From contig JAQGDQ010000121.1 of the NCBI GenBank assembly GCA_030141605.1, forward strand, positions 434,001-498,000: a stretch of 64,000 bases of DNA, given 5' to 3'. The notes beneath the pieces were generated by a model. The model was not told the origin of the DNA. It saw nothing but the letters and a program-made list of their open reading frames with translations, and made no database searches. The position numbers were made by a program, and so were the translations under genes. Shown in pieces: positions 1-12,600 of this stretch. Source of the DNA: Tubiluchus corallicola. Lineage: Eukaryota; Animalia; Priapulida. Within the stretch, counting starts at the first letter, position 1; each line of letters opens with the position of its first letter.

Positions 1-85
1 ACTCCACAGCTGTAGCACAGCGCTTTATAGCACGTTCAACGAGCCAGCCTTGGTACCATAAAGGCAGTCCTGTCTCTCCACAACG

Positions 86-103
86 CCTTTGATCTCGCCG
101 CCA
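86..103 (+). promoter_or_regulatory. Bipartite TCF/LEF element (HMG site CCTTTGATCT plus Helper GCCGCCA) upstream of Axin
   Basis: CCTTTGATCT at 86-95 and GCCGCCA at 97-103, 1 bp apart. They match the TCF HMG-box consensus (SCTTTGATS) and the C-clamp Helper consensus (GCCGCCR). Located ~3.5 kb upstream of the Axin ATG. Confidence 0.6.
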
Positions 104-1327
104 TGCTGAGAGATGTGTGTACAAGCGTAGGCTGTAGATAATCTTGCTTGAACGCTTGGTGGTAGTGGTGGTGGAAACATACAGCATGCAGGCCATAGCG
201 TAGCCATTGATTTGTAATTATTTGCCCGAGATTTATTGCACTTTTCTCATGTTCGATTCTATTTCGTTTTATAACGCGCCATATCATTAATCAGCCATCA
301 TTCTGATTTCGTGATAGTTTTTCTAACTCGCTGTTAAGAAAACATTTTCGGCAACGATGTAATCAATTCAAAGCAAGATGCAAGATACTGACGTTTTTAC
401 GCGGCTTGATAAAAAGAATAAAGTCGGCTAGGTTTTTGCTGATTGCCTGTTTTAAACTTCTATCTTTTTGAAAAGCAGATACTATGCAACTAAAATTTTA
501 GTCGTATTTTGTCAAAGTTGTATTTTTGCCCTTTGCTGATGATGTGGTGTCTAGACAGTGAAAAAGTAATAGTGTAGTGTATCACTTATTGTCTAGGAAG
601 ACGACAAAGCTATAGGCTAAATGCAATCATGACTGAAACTTGTGTCGCAGTCTCATTTAAATAACACAGACTGTACTGGTATTTTATTCAAGTTGAATGC
701 TATTTAAGTCTTTTTTAAACTAAGACTAATAGTTTCTGCAGAATACGAAAAATTTAAATTATGCTAACATGCGCAATTCGAATCGGCAACTCAGCTGTTA
801 TAGAGACAACTTGAGAGTTCATGATAGGCATGGCAGCATTACTAGTGTATCAAAGAATTCACGAAAAATGCATTTTTGTTTGATTCATCGAAATACATTA
901 GCATTCATTTTTCATTTGCATATATTTAGGCTCTTTTTTGTCTTCTGATTCGTGTATTAGTTTCCACCATAATTTACAAGTCTTTTCTAGCTTTTGGTCT
1001 CAAATAAACTTGAAAGTAAGTTTTGATATTTGAAAGCTGTAATTACTAATTGTAACTAAACGATTAGGAAGCAGCAGCGTCAGCCAGTAGATCGATAAAC
1101 TGGAAGCTCACGGGTTTGCACTAGAATATCTGACGAAAAGGAAAAGTTTTTTATCATGGGTTACTGATATTAGTGGTATATATGTACATGTATGTGACTT
1201 GTAAGAAAATGAATAGAACAACATTACATCTTTTTGTTAGACCATTACTCGTTTGCCAAAAAGTTTTACCAGGCACTATAATTGGTTTAGTGCAAAAAAT
1301 AGACAAGGCTAGGATCGTATAGATCTA

Positions 1328-1425
1328 GGCGCTTATGTTTAACATGATAAGCTAGGGTTGCGTTTGAGCACATGAAGGCGCCTATGTTTAACATGATAAG
1401 CGAGGATTGCATTTGAGCACATGAA
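1328..1425. repeat. Direct tandem duplication of a 49-bp unit
   Basis: GGCGCTTATGTTTAACATGATAAGCTAGGGTTGCGTTTGAGCACATGAA (1328-1376) is followed by a near-identical copy (1377-1425) with a few substitutions. Confidence 0.9.
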
Positions 1426-3574
1426 AGCCCTGCCCTTTCTCCTTTTCTTTCTTTTTTGCACACAGCAAATAGAATGATTTACTACTAGTTAGGTTTTGGT
1501 ATGTGAATTACCGGGGGTAAGTGGAAGGCCTGAAAAGCTCTGATTGGATCTAGTGCATTAACGCTTCACGATATGACTTAAATTGTAATGTAGCAATACG
1601 CTCCCATTTTTTATATTGTTGTCAAAAGTCGCCAGCACTTGATAATTTCACATCCTCTGGGGTAAATTCCAATTTTAGCAACTACACTCAAGCTAAATTT
1701 CGCGGGCATACTCATCACACACAGTACCTGCAAATAACTGCCAACTCAGACTGTGCTGTTTCATTAAAAAGTTTTCAATTGCCCCCTCCCAATGTACATT
1801 AGGTATTTAACTATAACGTATTTGGTTATCAAAGTAAATTTCTGTATTCAGTGGCAGCACAAATTAGACTTTACTAATTTAACTAACCTGAGTTGATGAA
1901 AAATCTTGCCCCCTCCCGCAATTTCAGCAGTACGCGTTCGACCTGCAGTTTTTACAACCTGGCAATATACAAGTTGTGGCTGAATTACTCACTTTATAGC
2001 GCGAGCGAATGCTATTGGGGCCTTTGATGTTGCCGATATTATGAGCCATTCCTGTGCGAAATTACGCAGTCTGGCATTAGCCGTGCTAAAATGCAATAAC
2101 ACAGTAAGGTCGGAAGTTTATAGCCTCACTATTGGTGGTGGTGCGTGAACACTGAATGTGCGCATTTTGAATAAGAATTTTAATGTGCATGAAACTTGGG
2201 TGGTAGCACAGGTTTAGATTAACAGAATAGAAGCGCAATTATTATAGCCAAAGCTTGAATGATGTTATTTTCTGTTTTCTTCGCTTGTCCGCGCTTGGTA
2301 CGTTACTATTGTCTTCTGAGTGATGCGTATCTTCTCAGAGTTACTGTATTTACATTTTTAATGTGTTGCTTTTTGTAAACTGAAAATAGTTGCATCTTGT
2401 TACTTTAATGAGACTCTAATCGTGTGTGGAATCTGTTTGAGTTACTTAATCAAGCAATTTTACTCATATTTCAGTTACTTATTTATATTCAAATGCTGCT
2501 GCTGTATTACCTACATTTATTTATTTATTCAGTTTTTTGAATACTGCATTTCAATAGTTAATGCACTTCTGACAATAGAGTCTGACACGTGGCCGAATGG
2601 TTGGATATTTTTGGTCTATAATGCTAAGTACGCTAATATCTATCATATTTTCTAGATTTTTGTCAGTATTTTCTGTTGATACTTTTCTGATTTTTATTTT
2701 AAGTTATCCTAGATTTCTATGTACAATATATCTGTACAAGAATGGCAGCTAACTTTTCTTACAAAGATTATTGAAGTGAGCTTAGATATTGCAGTGCTCA
2801 TTTTGCTTGCTGTTATACTAATAACTATCCCTCTTCTATAAATTACATGCCACCATCTATAATAATTTGAGTAGATATTTCACCTGGCAGTTGCTGGATA
2901 TGTAAACATCAGGCGGTAGATATGATTTACAGAGTAAACTTCCAATGTCAATAATCATTCCAGTTCGTGCAGTTTGAGTTTATGGTCCTGTCTTGCATTA
3001 ATCGTTCACCCAGTTTATGGATGGTCGTCAGCCGTGGTCGGAGGGCAATTTTAGCTGTTTGGGAAGGAGTCTAACTTTGGACTTTACACACCAAGGCTAT
3101 GTTATGTAAAACCTGTGTCAGGGTGACCAGTTGTACCATTGTTGCAACAGTTTTTACCTTTATTATTGTTGTTGGAACATGACTTCAGTTTTCATTTTCC
3201 GATTGTATGGCCGAGATTGTGTAGTGGTGTTACATACAGTGCCTCTGGTGATAATATAAATTGGCTTTGATTGTAAAATAGGCTTGCATTGTAAAATTTT
3301 TTGGATTAATTTTGGCTGTCGTTAAAAACACCGGGATTATAAATTTCTGTGTTATGCTGTTAATTATAATAGTGTGTATTCTTAATAGTTAAATTACCTC
3401 CAATTTGACTAATGAAATGATACTCATTTAGGTTAGGTTAGTAAAACTGTAAGATAGGCTGTATGACAATCATTTTTAGTTCATTTGAAAATTTAGGTTG
3501 CTTCTACGAAATGTCATAATCAAAAAAAAAATTAAATTTCATTTTGTTTTGCAGGTTATAAGTTGACGGTTGCT

Positions 3575-3649
3575 ATGTTACTCCACAATTTGCTGCATCA
3601 CGGAGTTCCCTCCTCTAGTCGCGGTGCTGATACCGCTCTGCAGCCATGA
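3575..3649 (+). other. 24-codon upstream ORF whose TGA overlaps the Axin ATG
   Basis: ATG at 3575 reads MLLHNLLHHGVPSSSRGADTALQP to TGA 3647-3649; the Axin ATG is 3646-3648. It lies downstream of the strong acceptor ttttgttttgcag (exon start 3555). Confidence 0.55.
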
Positions 3650-6600
3650 GTCAGGTGTCACACCAGTTCAAGGAAACTGCACCTAGACCTCCCGTTCCAG
3701 GCAAGGAAAACATTGAAGAAAAGAGAGCCGCTGCAAAGTCAGTCACGGCCAGCAAAGGATCATGGTGCGAAGGTGGTGTGTCTCCAGCTGCAACACCACG
3801 ACGCTCAGCGCTAGATCCTAGCGCCACAATGCAGCGTGATGCGGTGCCACCTAGTGGAGCTGATGTTGACCCTCCGCTCGGGTTTGAACCAGAGGGGAGT
3901 GCCAATACCACGCCTCCATTTACTGAGAATAGTACGCCGCCATATTTGCGTTGGGCGGGTAGTTTACGTAACCTGCTGGACGATGAAGATGGTGTACAGA
4001 AATTTATGAAGTTTTTGCGGCAAGAGAATAGTGAGAACTTGCTGTTGTTTTGGTTTGCCTGTGAGGGTCTGAAGAAGCAACCACCCGATGCTACTGACCG
4101 TATACAGCAGTGCATACGGGTGATATATCGGACTTATGTACGCTCTCACGCCGAGCAGGCCATTAACATCAAACCCGAGCTGAGGAAGAACATTTCGGAC
4201 AAAGTGAATAAAGTGAAAGACTTGAATCAAAACTTATTCAACAGTGCTCAGTGTGAAGTCGAAGCTGTACTAGAGGGCAGCATGTACCCATTGTTTCTGA
4301 AATCGGACATTTACCTTCAGCACGTGCAACACGTGCAGAATGGATCGGATAGCCCAAAGACGGGTGAGCATTCCAGTGGTAGTCGGTCGAATGGTGAAAC
4401 TCGAACTGCCCAGGGTGCACTGCCCACGGTACATGAAGACTCAGAATTACAAGTGGAAACTCAGGGGACTGGTGACAATGTGTTGCCATTAACAACGAAG
4501 CATTTATTAGCAACTAGGTTTCGGAGGTTCACAGAAGCCAATGCTGGGTGAGTACTTAGTTTATATAAATTTTGCTAAAACATAGTCACAAATCACTTCT
4601 ATAGATAGCCGACCTTAGACGGATCTGGTGCCATTTACCACCCAACATTTTTACACAATTCCTGGAGTAAGTAGCTACGTGTGGCGCCAGGTCGTTGGAA
4701 AGAACAGGAAGTAAGATAGAAGCCAACGAAGCCACTACATCTGGTCCATGTTATGCGCAGATCTCTTAAAACAGTCCGCGGCAGATGAAGTAAACCCGTA
4801 TGTTGTGGCTTACATAAACCATAGCTGCCGTACATTCCTCATTTCTGCTGGACAGAGCCACCCATAGAATGTGAAATTAAGCAGAACTTGTTTTCGCTTA
4901 GCCACCATTCATAAGAGTGCTTGCCGGTATTCGGAATGTTCAAACATAAATAAAACTAAAAACCAATTTCTTAAGCTGTACTTTTCTCCAATAGTGCCGA
5001 TAACTACTTGCCCTGCTTTAATAGAATCAATGCTACTAGTGTTTACATTAAAACATTTCCAGCATTCTACCAATTCTGTAAATTGTGATCTTCACTTACG
5101 AAACCCACACCGAATTCACATTTTAGCCTACTAAGGCATTCACGCCTATTCCACTTCAGAGTCAAATTCATTATAATGAGAATGGATGATGTTATACACA
5201 GACTGTAGGTCGTGGATAATACTACTTTGAATTGCAGGCAGTGGTGCAGATTTGCTGTTTGTTGCTTGCGTTTTCTCTCTACCCTTTCAAATTTGTAAGC
5301 ATGAAATGACATCTTAGGACAGACATTCTGCTGGTTTCTTTTCCTTTGAAGCAGATTCACAACTCTCTATCACCTTGAGGCTTGCACCTTCTGTACATTT
5401 CTATTGAGAATTGCATGACTACAAATCATCAATGGCAAACTGTAGTATTGAATCCATAACACAAGCGAAATCCACTCACCAAACAGCTCAATTGCCAGTA
5501 TTGGGTGAAGCCTGAGAGGCTGTCTGTAGATGCGTATATAGGATTTGTTATCCTCACCCTGTTTTTGCTATTCCTTGTCATTTGAAGACTCAAATAGGAG
5601 GTGAATGTAATGCATTTCAGGGTAAATCACATTTATTGGCAATACTAATTTGTGTTGCAAGTATCTGTGACTTTTTCTAAGGCTTTGTTACCTAATACTG
5701 ATATTTCTACTAGCAAGTACAATGGACGTAAGAAATAACGCAAAAATTAATACCTAGGAGAAAACTAAACAGAAAAATAATTAAAACAATGTTCTTTCTT
5801 TGCTAAAAATCATAAAAACAAAATATATGTAGATAACTTATTTAAAGTTTACCAATCACCAGCTGTGCAATGTGAATTACTATTATTACAACGTTAGACA
5901 TTACGGCCTATACGTATCTTGAAGTCCATCTTCCATACTATAAATTAGAGGTATTCGAGGTTTGGACATTGGACAGGGGTTCGGGATGCACATTGAGATC
6001 GGAACTTTTTGACCCGTGCTATATATATAGATATATTTATATATATTGCAGAATCATACTATTAAATTAAAACAATTGTTAGAAAGAATAAAAATTTATA
6101 CGTATGGCCTACTAACTGAGAAGCGTTATCTGCTTGGGCGATTTTTAGATAGGAAAGATACTAGTGGCTGTGCCTGTTAAGTTAAGAATGATACAATATA
6201 TTTTTTGTAAATTGTGCCAAATTTAATGTTAAAGTACACCCGGATCAGAAGCATCACACATGTGCCACGGAAAGGTATTACGGTAATCATGCATTTGCTT
6301 TAAATTATTTACAAGACATTTTAAAAAATAGCGTTAATAATCATGTTGATAGCAATTTTCACAAACGTTAAGCTTGATCTCCCGTGCAACCTTGCCAGAA
6401 GTGTACCACGTTTGGAAGATTTTGAAAACTACTAGTCTGTTTTGCTTTTCCTTTTTAAATGTGTATGCTAAGTTTTGTTGAAACACACATCACACAAATA
6501 TTTAATAGCCGCAGTTTATCGTGCAGGCATGCACATTTGTTAAGTTATTGTATTATGCCATGACACTATTTGCACCACAGGAGTGATTGTGTTTGTCACA

Positions 6601-9600
6601 TAATACCCAAGTTTACAAATTTACATAGAAAAGTTAATATAAATTATACTTGAAAATTTATTATATGATTTCAGAATTTTTAGTTACAGTATAATGAAAG
6701 CTAAAAGATTCTGATAACTCGTACCGATTCCTAGAAATTAATATTGTAAATTTTCACTTTCACAGGAAATATTTAACCGCGAGCAGTCGGGTGCCAAATC
6801 CGTACCATGTCACTTATTCGTCGTACATCCCTGTATCAGCCCAGGACAGTGAGCAGCAAAGTTTGTCCAGTGATGCACAAACAGATGACACGTTATCTCT
6901 CACAGACAGTAGCTTGTGAGTATGGTTTCTTTTCATTCATTTCTTTCTATCATTTCTAAGTTTTCAGTAATTTCAAAGGCAAAGAAAGGCACATTCCATT
7001 GTTCCTGTATATCTTTCATCGCCCATAAATAAAAAAATGACGAAAATGAACATCCGATGTAATAATTCTGCAAGTCATTCGCAAAAGCAATATGTTCCCA
7101 TTAAGTGTACTTTCAAGTTTTGACTTTAGCTGTGGCCGAAAATTTGTATACTGTATTTCCTAAAAGCGTTGATATCCTAGTAGTCTCGTTTGATCGGATG
7201 AGTTTTAATTCTTCAACTGTGTACGAGAGTGGGATTTTGGAAAAAATTTTGAACTCTTTTTTGCTCAGCTTATTATATTTACATGTGATTATCAAACTCA
7301 CACCCAGTAGCAATTGATTTTTCCGCATGTAAAATCTGCTACTGGGGGTGCTTCACCAGAGCGCCTGCTTGGAATTCAGAGCTGCACAAGAGTTTTCTTT
7401 GATGGAACCAATTAATGGCAAAAAACCGCATCGCTGTGTAAATAATCGCGAAACGATTTTACTTCAATACTTCCTTACGCGAAGCTTGCGTGATTAAGGA
7501 CCCTCTTGTCCACATGTGACTGAACAGCGGTATATATTGCCTCCCCTACGCTAAACAAAGCTGGCATTGTTGTTGCCGGTTGGCAATTACAGCACAATAA
7601 TTTCGTGTGTTCGCTCGGTAGCAATTTTAAGTGGCAGTACAAGTTTTCAGGCGCCGCCGCTGCAGCTTGCTTTTGCCACCCACTATCGACAGCAACCCGG
7701 TATTTCAGATTCAGCCGGAGGGTTTTCGACTGACAAACTTTTATAGCTTGCTTTTTGCGGCATGATTAAAGCGTCTAGGCGGCCCCCGGGCGATGGCTTT
7801 ATGCTGCTTCTTTGTTACCAGATCGCGAACGAAAAACTTCGTGCGGCTTTGAGAAAAAATTCGCTTGTGGATTACAGAAAGCCTGGCTATGATTAAGAGC
7901 AGGAAAGCGCTGGCTGCGCATTCATTAATGGAAACAGATTATCATCCAGGCTCTGTACAGGCTCACTGACTGAGCAAATATTTCCACAAACCAACTCGAA
8001 AAACAGCGAAAGCAGGTTGCACAAACAGCGACCGGGTTTCTCTCCTTCCTATCCCTCCACTACCAAAGAGTTGAGAAAACAAAATCCCCCAGCCTCTCTC
8101 TTCCCATTTTGTCCGCATTTCCTTTAGTAGAAACGTTGTTATTTCATCAAGTAGCTACGTGAGGCTGAGAGTCGACTTTCTCGTTAATAATATTTTTGAT
8201 TTGAGCTAAATTTGTAGTAGTAAATTCACAAAGGTATAAATGCAGTCAGTTGTTTAAATTTTATTGTGTGTACAATGTAACCGTTGTTTACTTATGTTGG
8301 CGGACTGTATTAATGAAATTCGTCTTTGGGCTATCTGACTCACCTGCAAAGTCGTAACTAGTGTTTAAAATTTTGATAAGTCTATAAGCTAGTATTATCG
8401 CTCATTGTGCTCCTTGAAGAAGGAAATAAAACCATTTGCTTCTAGAAAAAGCGTTTTTCTGTCCAAATATACATTATACCAAGTATCCAACACTTGAACA
8501 TGTTTCCATAAAAGTCTGCTTGGTTGAGTTTTTGAGATTTCCTGCTTAAAACGGCCCGTTTGGAAATTAGTTTCTGGGTATATACTTACTGTGGGGCGGA
8601 TCCAGTCTGTGGTTAGCCGAATAAGATAGTAAGTCTGTGATAAAATGGAATAAAACCAAACATATTTGTGGTGTCCAGTATACACGTCAAATTATTAAAG
8701 GCATCAGTTATCAGGTGGCAATATTATTGTTTCTAAGGGAAATGTACACACATCCTGTGGGTGTGATCCACCATCTCTAGTGCACGCTCAAAAGTGCTAA
8801 CCAAATAACCGAATGCTTGGCGGCTAGATGAAAGCGATTACAGGGCCATGACTTATCGGGCAAGCTAGTTTTCCAGTTGGCGAGTTTAGCTAGTGGTTGC
8901 TATTAGCCACACAGTATTGCTTGTACAGCAAGTTCACTTGGGCGAATAAAAAGTCTGGACAATAGCCGTGGAAATTCTTTATACGAACGAATAAATAAAT
9001 ACCGATACTTATTCTTAATAATTCTGTTGAGTAAAAAAATTTATAAATATCGTCAAAATTGTATTTTGTCACGAATCAGGATCCTTACAGCAATCTTTCT
9101 CAGTTTGCAACTTGACATATCAGTATTTAGTTTTCTGGTCCGCGTGGTTATCAGTTTAGTTGCCTTATCGTATACATGGTCTCCCTGATATGAAATACTT
9201 TATGAAATGTGGGAAAGTTTGGTACAAGTAAGCCTGCCACCGGCAAATTTGATACAGGTAAATTTTATAAAAGGTAAATTTGGTACTCTGATCTTTAGGT
9301 ACTAGAAAAATTTGTTATAGAAAATGTTTGGTAGAAGGAAAATATGGCACCAGGAAAAGTTCGTACTAGGAAAGTTTGGTAGTGGAAAATTTGATACTAG
9401 ACAGAGAAGAGAGCATATGTCATTACAATATAATTGCAAGAACTACAGTAACAAAATAACAAATGTAATGACGACAGCAATGATGACGATGATGATAACA
9501 AGAACAGCATGCAAGAAACAAGCAAACAACAGCAGCAACAACAAAAACTATAGCAACAACAGCAACGGCGATGGCAACAACAATAATGGCAATGATGACG

Positions 9601-12600
9601 ATGGTGAAGACCACAAACACATCAACAAGAAGCAAACGTACAAGAACAACAACAACAACGCCAATAAAGCGGTAAATATAACAACAGCAAAAGAACAACA
9701 ACAATGCTATAGGGATGACAGCAACAAAATGACTTAACGTAACAATAGTGACAGCAGTGATAACGATGATGATGATGGGTGACGATGACAACTCTCGCTA
9801 CAAAGGAGAGGTAATAAACAGACGAACAACAGCAGCAGTGCAGTTGAATGAAATAACAAACCACAGACAAATAAACGAACAAAAAAAACAAGTGAAAAAA
9901 TGCAATAATATGAACCTGTATAACTTCTTCGAATAGGTTATATAAAAGATACTTTTGTTGTACTAAGCTTTCCTTGTTCACAACTTTCTCTGCGTCAAAT
10001 TTTCCTAGTACCAAACTTTCCTAGCACCAAATCCTGTTCCGTACCATTTTACCTTTAGGTACCAGTTTTACATGTACCAAAAATGCTTGTCAAAAATTCT
10101 AAAAAGTAGATTCCATTTTCAGGTATGTATAAATATCCTACAGTAGTATAATGTATCTATAATATGAGAATATCGAATCGATTGTTCGTCCGGGGTGTTG
10201 AGCAAAGGGGGGCCGTTTGATCCAGATATTAAAGCTTGGGTTAGGTTCTAAAGTTCTGCATGCGGTTAAAAATACGCGAAACCGTTCAAAACGACCAAAA
10301 GTTCTTTTTTTTACAAACACCAAACAGTAACATACAATAAGTAACACTTTATGATTCAGTAGCTCTGCTGCTCAGATTGAAAACACTCTATTTTCCCCGG
10401 TTGGGTAAAAAAATAAGTGTTTTCATTCTCATTTTTTTCATTTTGTATTAGGTTCTGTGAAGTGGTTTACTGATACATTGTTTGCTCATTCACGCAGAGT
10501 TCAAGTAACGTTTATTGTATATCTACTACAAGCCTACAACTGATCTTATCGTCCTGAATTTTTTCTACTGGAAGCTGCTTCTCCCTGTGAAAGAGAAACC
10601 CGGCAGGTTATATTCGCCTCCTGCACTGGCCATGTGTGTCGGTTGTAATCTGATCCGGCCTCTGCTATTTGTGGCCTCAAGCCTCTCTTTGCTCTCACCG
10701 CATCTGAATCCTCCTCCCTCAACACATGGTCCGGTGATTCAGATGTGTGCATAGCACCTCTTTATTTTACCATTCCATTCCTCTGTTGACAACTTTAAGA
10801 ACTCTGTATTAGTAAGCTGGCTATTTACCCACTTGCTTTGTTGCATATGGTGTGTATGACCTTGGTTTCTTGTATGATAATTAGAGTTGTTAGACTGCTA
10901 CACTAAAAAAGCTGCTTTTCTTGTGGGCTGTGATGCAAGTTAAAACAATCTTGTAAAACGGGGCAGCATACGATGCCATGCTCTTGTTTTAGTTAGAAAA
11001 TCCTCCAGAATCACTTCATTCTGTTTGTACAACTTATAGAAATTGCTCCTGTAATCTTGTGCTAGGTGGCTTGTGTGAAGAAAAATAACTACAAAATACG
11101 GGATGATCCTGACTTGCAAAATTGCTTTTCTGGCATTATTCTTACTTCAGAAATGTTTGATTCATCCAAAACTTTTGTCAAATATAGAGTAGAGCGAAGG
11201 TGAATGCGTTCGCTTATCCTCTGGGTTAAATGAATGCGTACACTTAAAATTAATGTAACCTCCATCTAAGTATTGTACCTTGTGTCCCTATAATTTAAAG
11301 GCTAGCCACTTGCATATAAATATACGAAACGATACCCTTCATAACTAACAAATTCATTTTCTTTTTTTCTGATCAATAATCTGGCTAACTATGGTGTGTT
11401 ATGTGTGTTATGAATACAAATGGTTGTCTGTATGCCTGTGCGTGATCTGGCGCGTTGCTAATGCAAACAACACGTGACGTCTGTGCGTGCTTGTTTGTTA
11501 GCAAGACAGGATGCATTTTGTGTGCGCAGTGCGCACCCAGTATAATCAGATGTCTGAATTTGCGTCTGCATTTTTAAACGTTCATGAATAAAAGTCTTGC
11601 CAACAAATGTCTGTAACTCATGGACCGCACATCAGTACACATGGTGGCAACCACTTTTGTGAATCTGAAGCTGACATCAGTTTCAAGATTTTCTTGTGCC
11701 TAGTGCCTTTGATTTTTATGAAAACCCTATATTGTAACTGCCATTATATTGATACAGGTATCAGAGGACGTTAATTAAAAATTCCTATTTGTAATGGTCT
11801 TGCAAATACTATACATGAAAAGGTTAATTTCATATGTCAGTGACTCCTTACACTCTCTACAATTAACACTAACTTGATGTCACACTGCAGCTGAGTACTA
11901 TATGCTAAGCCAGCTTGCAGTGTGTACAACTGTATAGAAAAAGTATCTTTTGCCAACAATGTAATTCTAAAAAGTTCAATTTAATATTTCAGAGATGGCA
12001 CATCCGGATTTGGCCGAAAAAAGTATCAGCGATTGCAGCAACGAGCAATTCAGAGAAGTGCACGGCAAAACCGTGACTGTTCACTGCATCATACTATCAT
12101 ACCGGTATGAACATTATGCAATGCATGTCATTTAATGACAAAAAACTCATTCTATGACCTAGGCTATCTGGTACCATTAGTCTCTTGTAAAGCTTTCTTT
12201 CGAAATGTTCACAAACAACAAAAGGTTGGTGTAAAACCAAAGGTGTCAAATTAGCACAAAGACAAAGCTAAAAGTATCCATTCCATAAAAAACTGGTACA
12301 AAAATGGAGACGGTAAGACAGATAATGTTTTGCCAAAGACTGTGCAGTCTGAAAAAGTAAAGTATTTAAAGCTGAAATTCAATTTATAGGTAAGGATTTC
12401 TGAAAATAACTTCTGATACCACTCTTACACTGTTAAAATATTTAAAACTTAAATCAAGGCTAGTTTGACATTTCACAACACTCTAGGAGCAAAAGAACTG
12501 GCAAATTCAAATTAAATGAAAAATATGTACTACTCCATTATAAAACATGTTTGACAAAGTTCATCTGCAAATTACAGATAAAGGTGCCTTCCAAGCCATC

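Noticed and set aside
3651-4513. Minus-strand ORFs of 154, 88 and 91 aa
   Set aside because: Antisense shadows of the first Axin coding exon with no recognisable motifs.
9324-10014. Asn/Thr-rich and Val-rich ORFs of 122-137 aa
   Set aside because: Translations of the AAC/GAT simple-sequence core of a repeat element.
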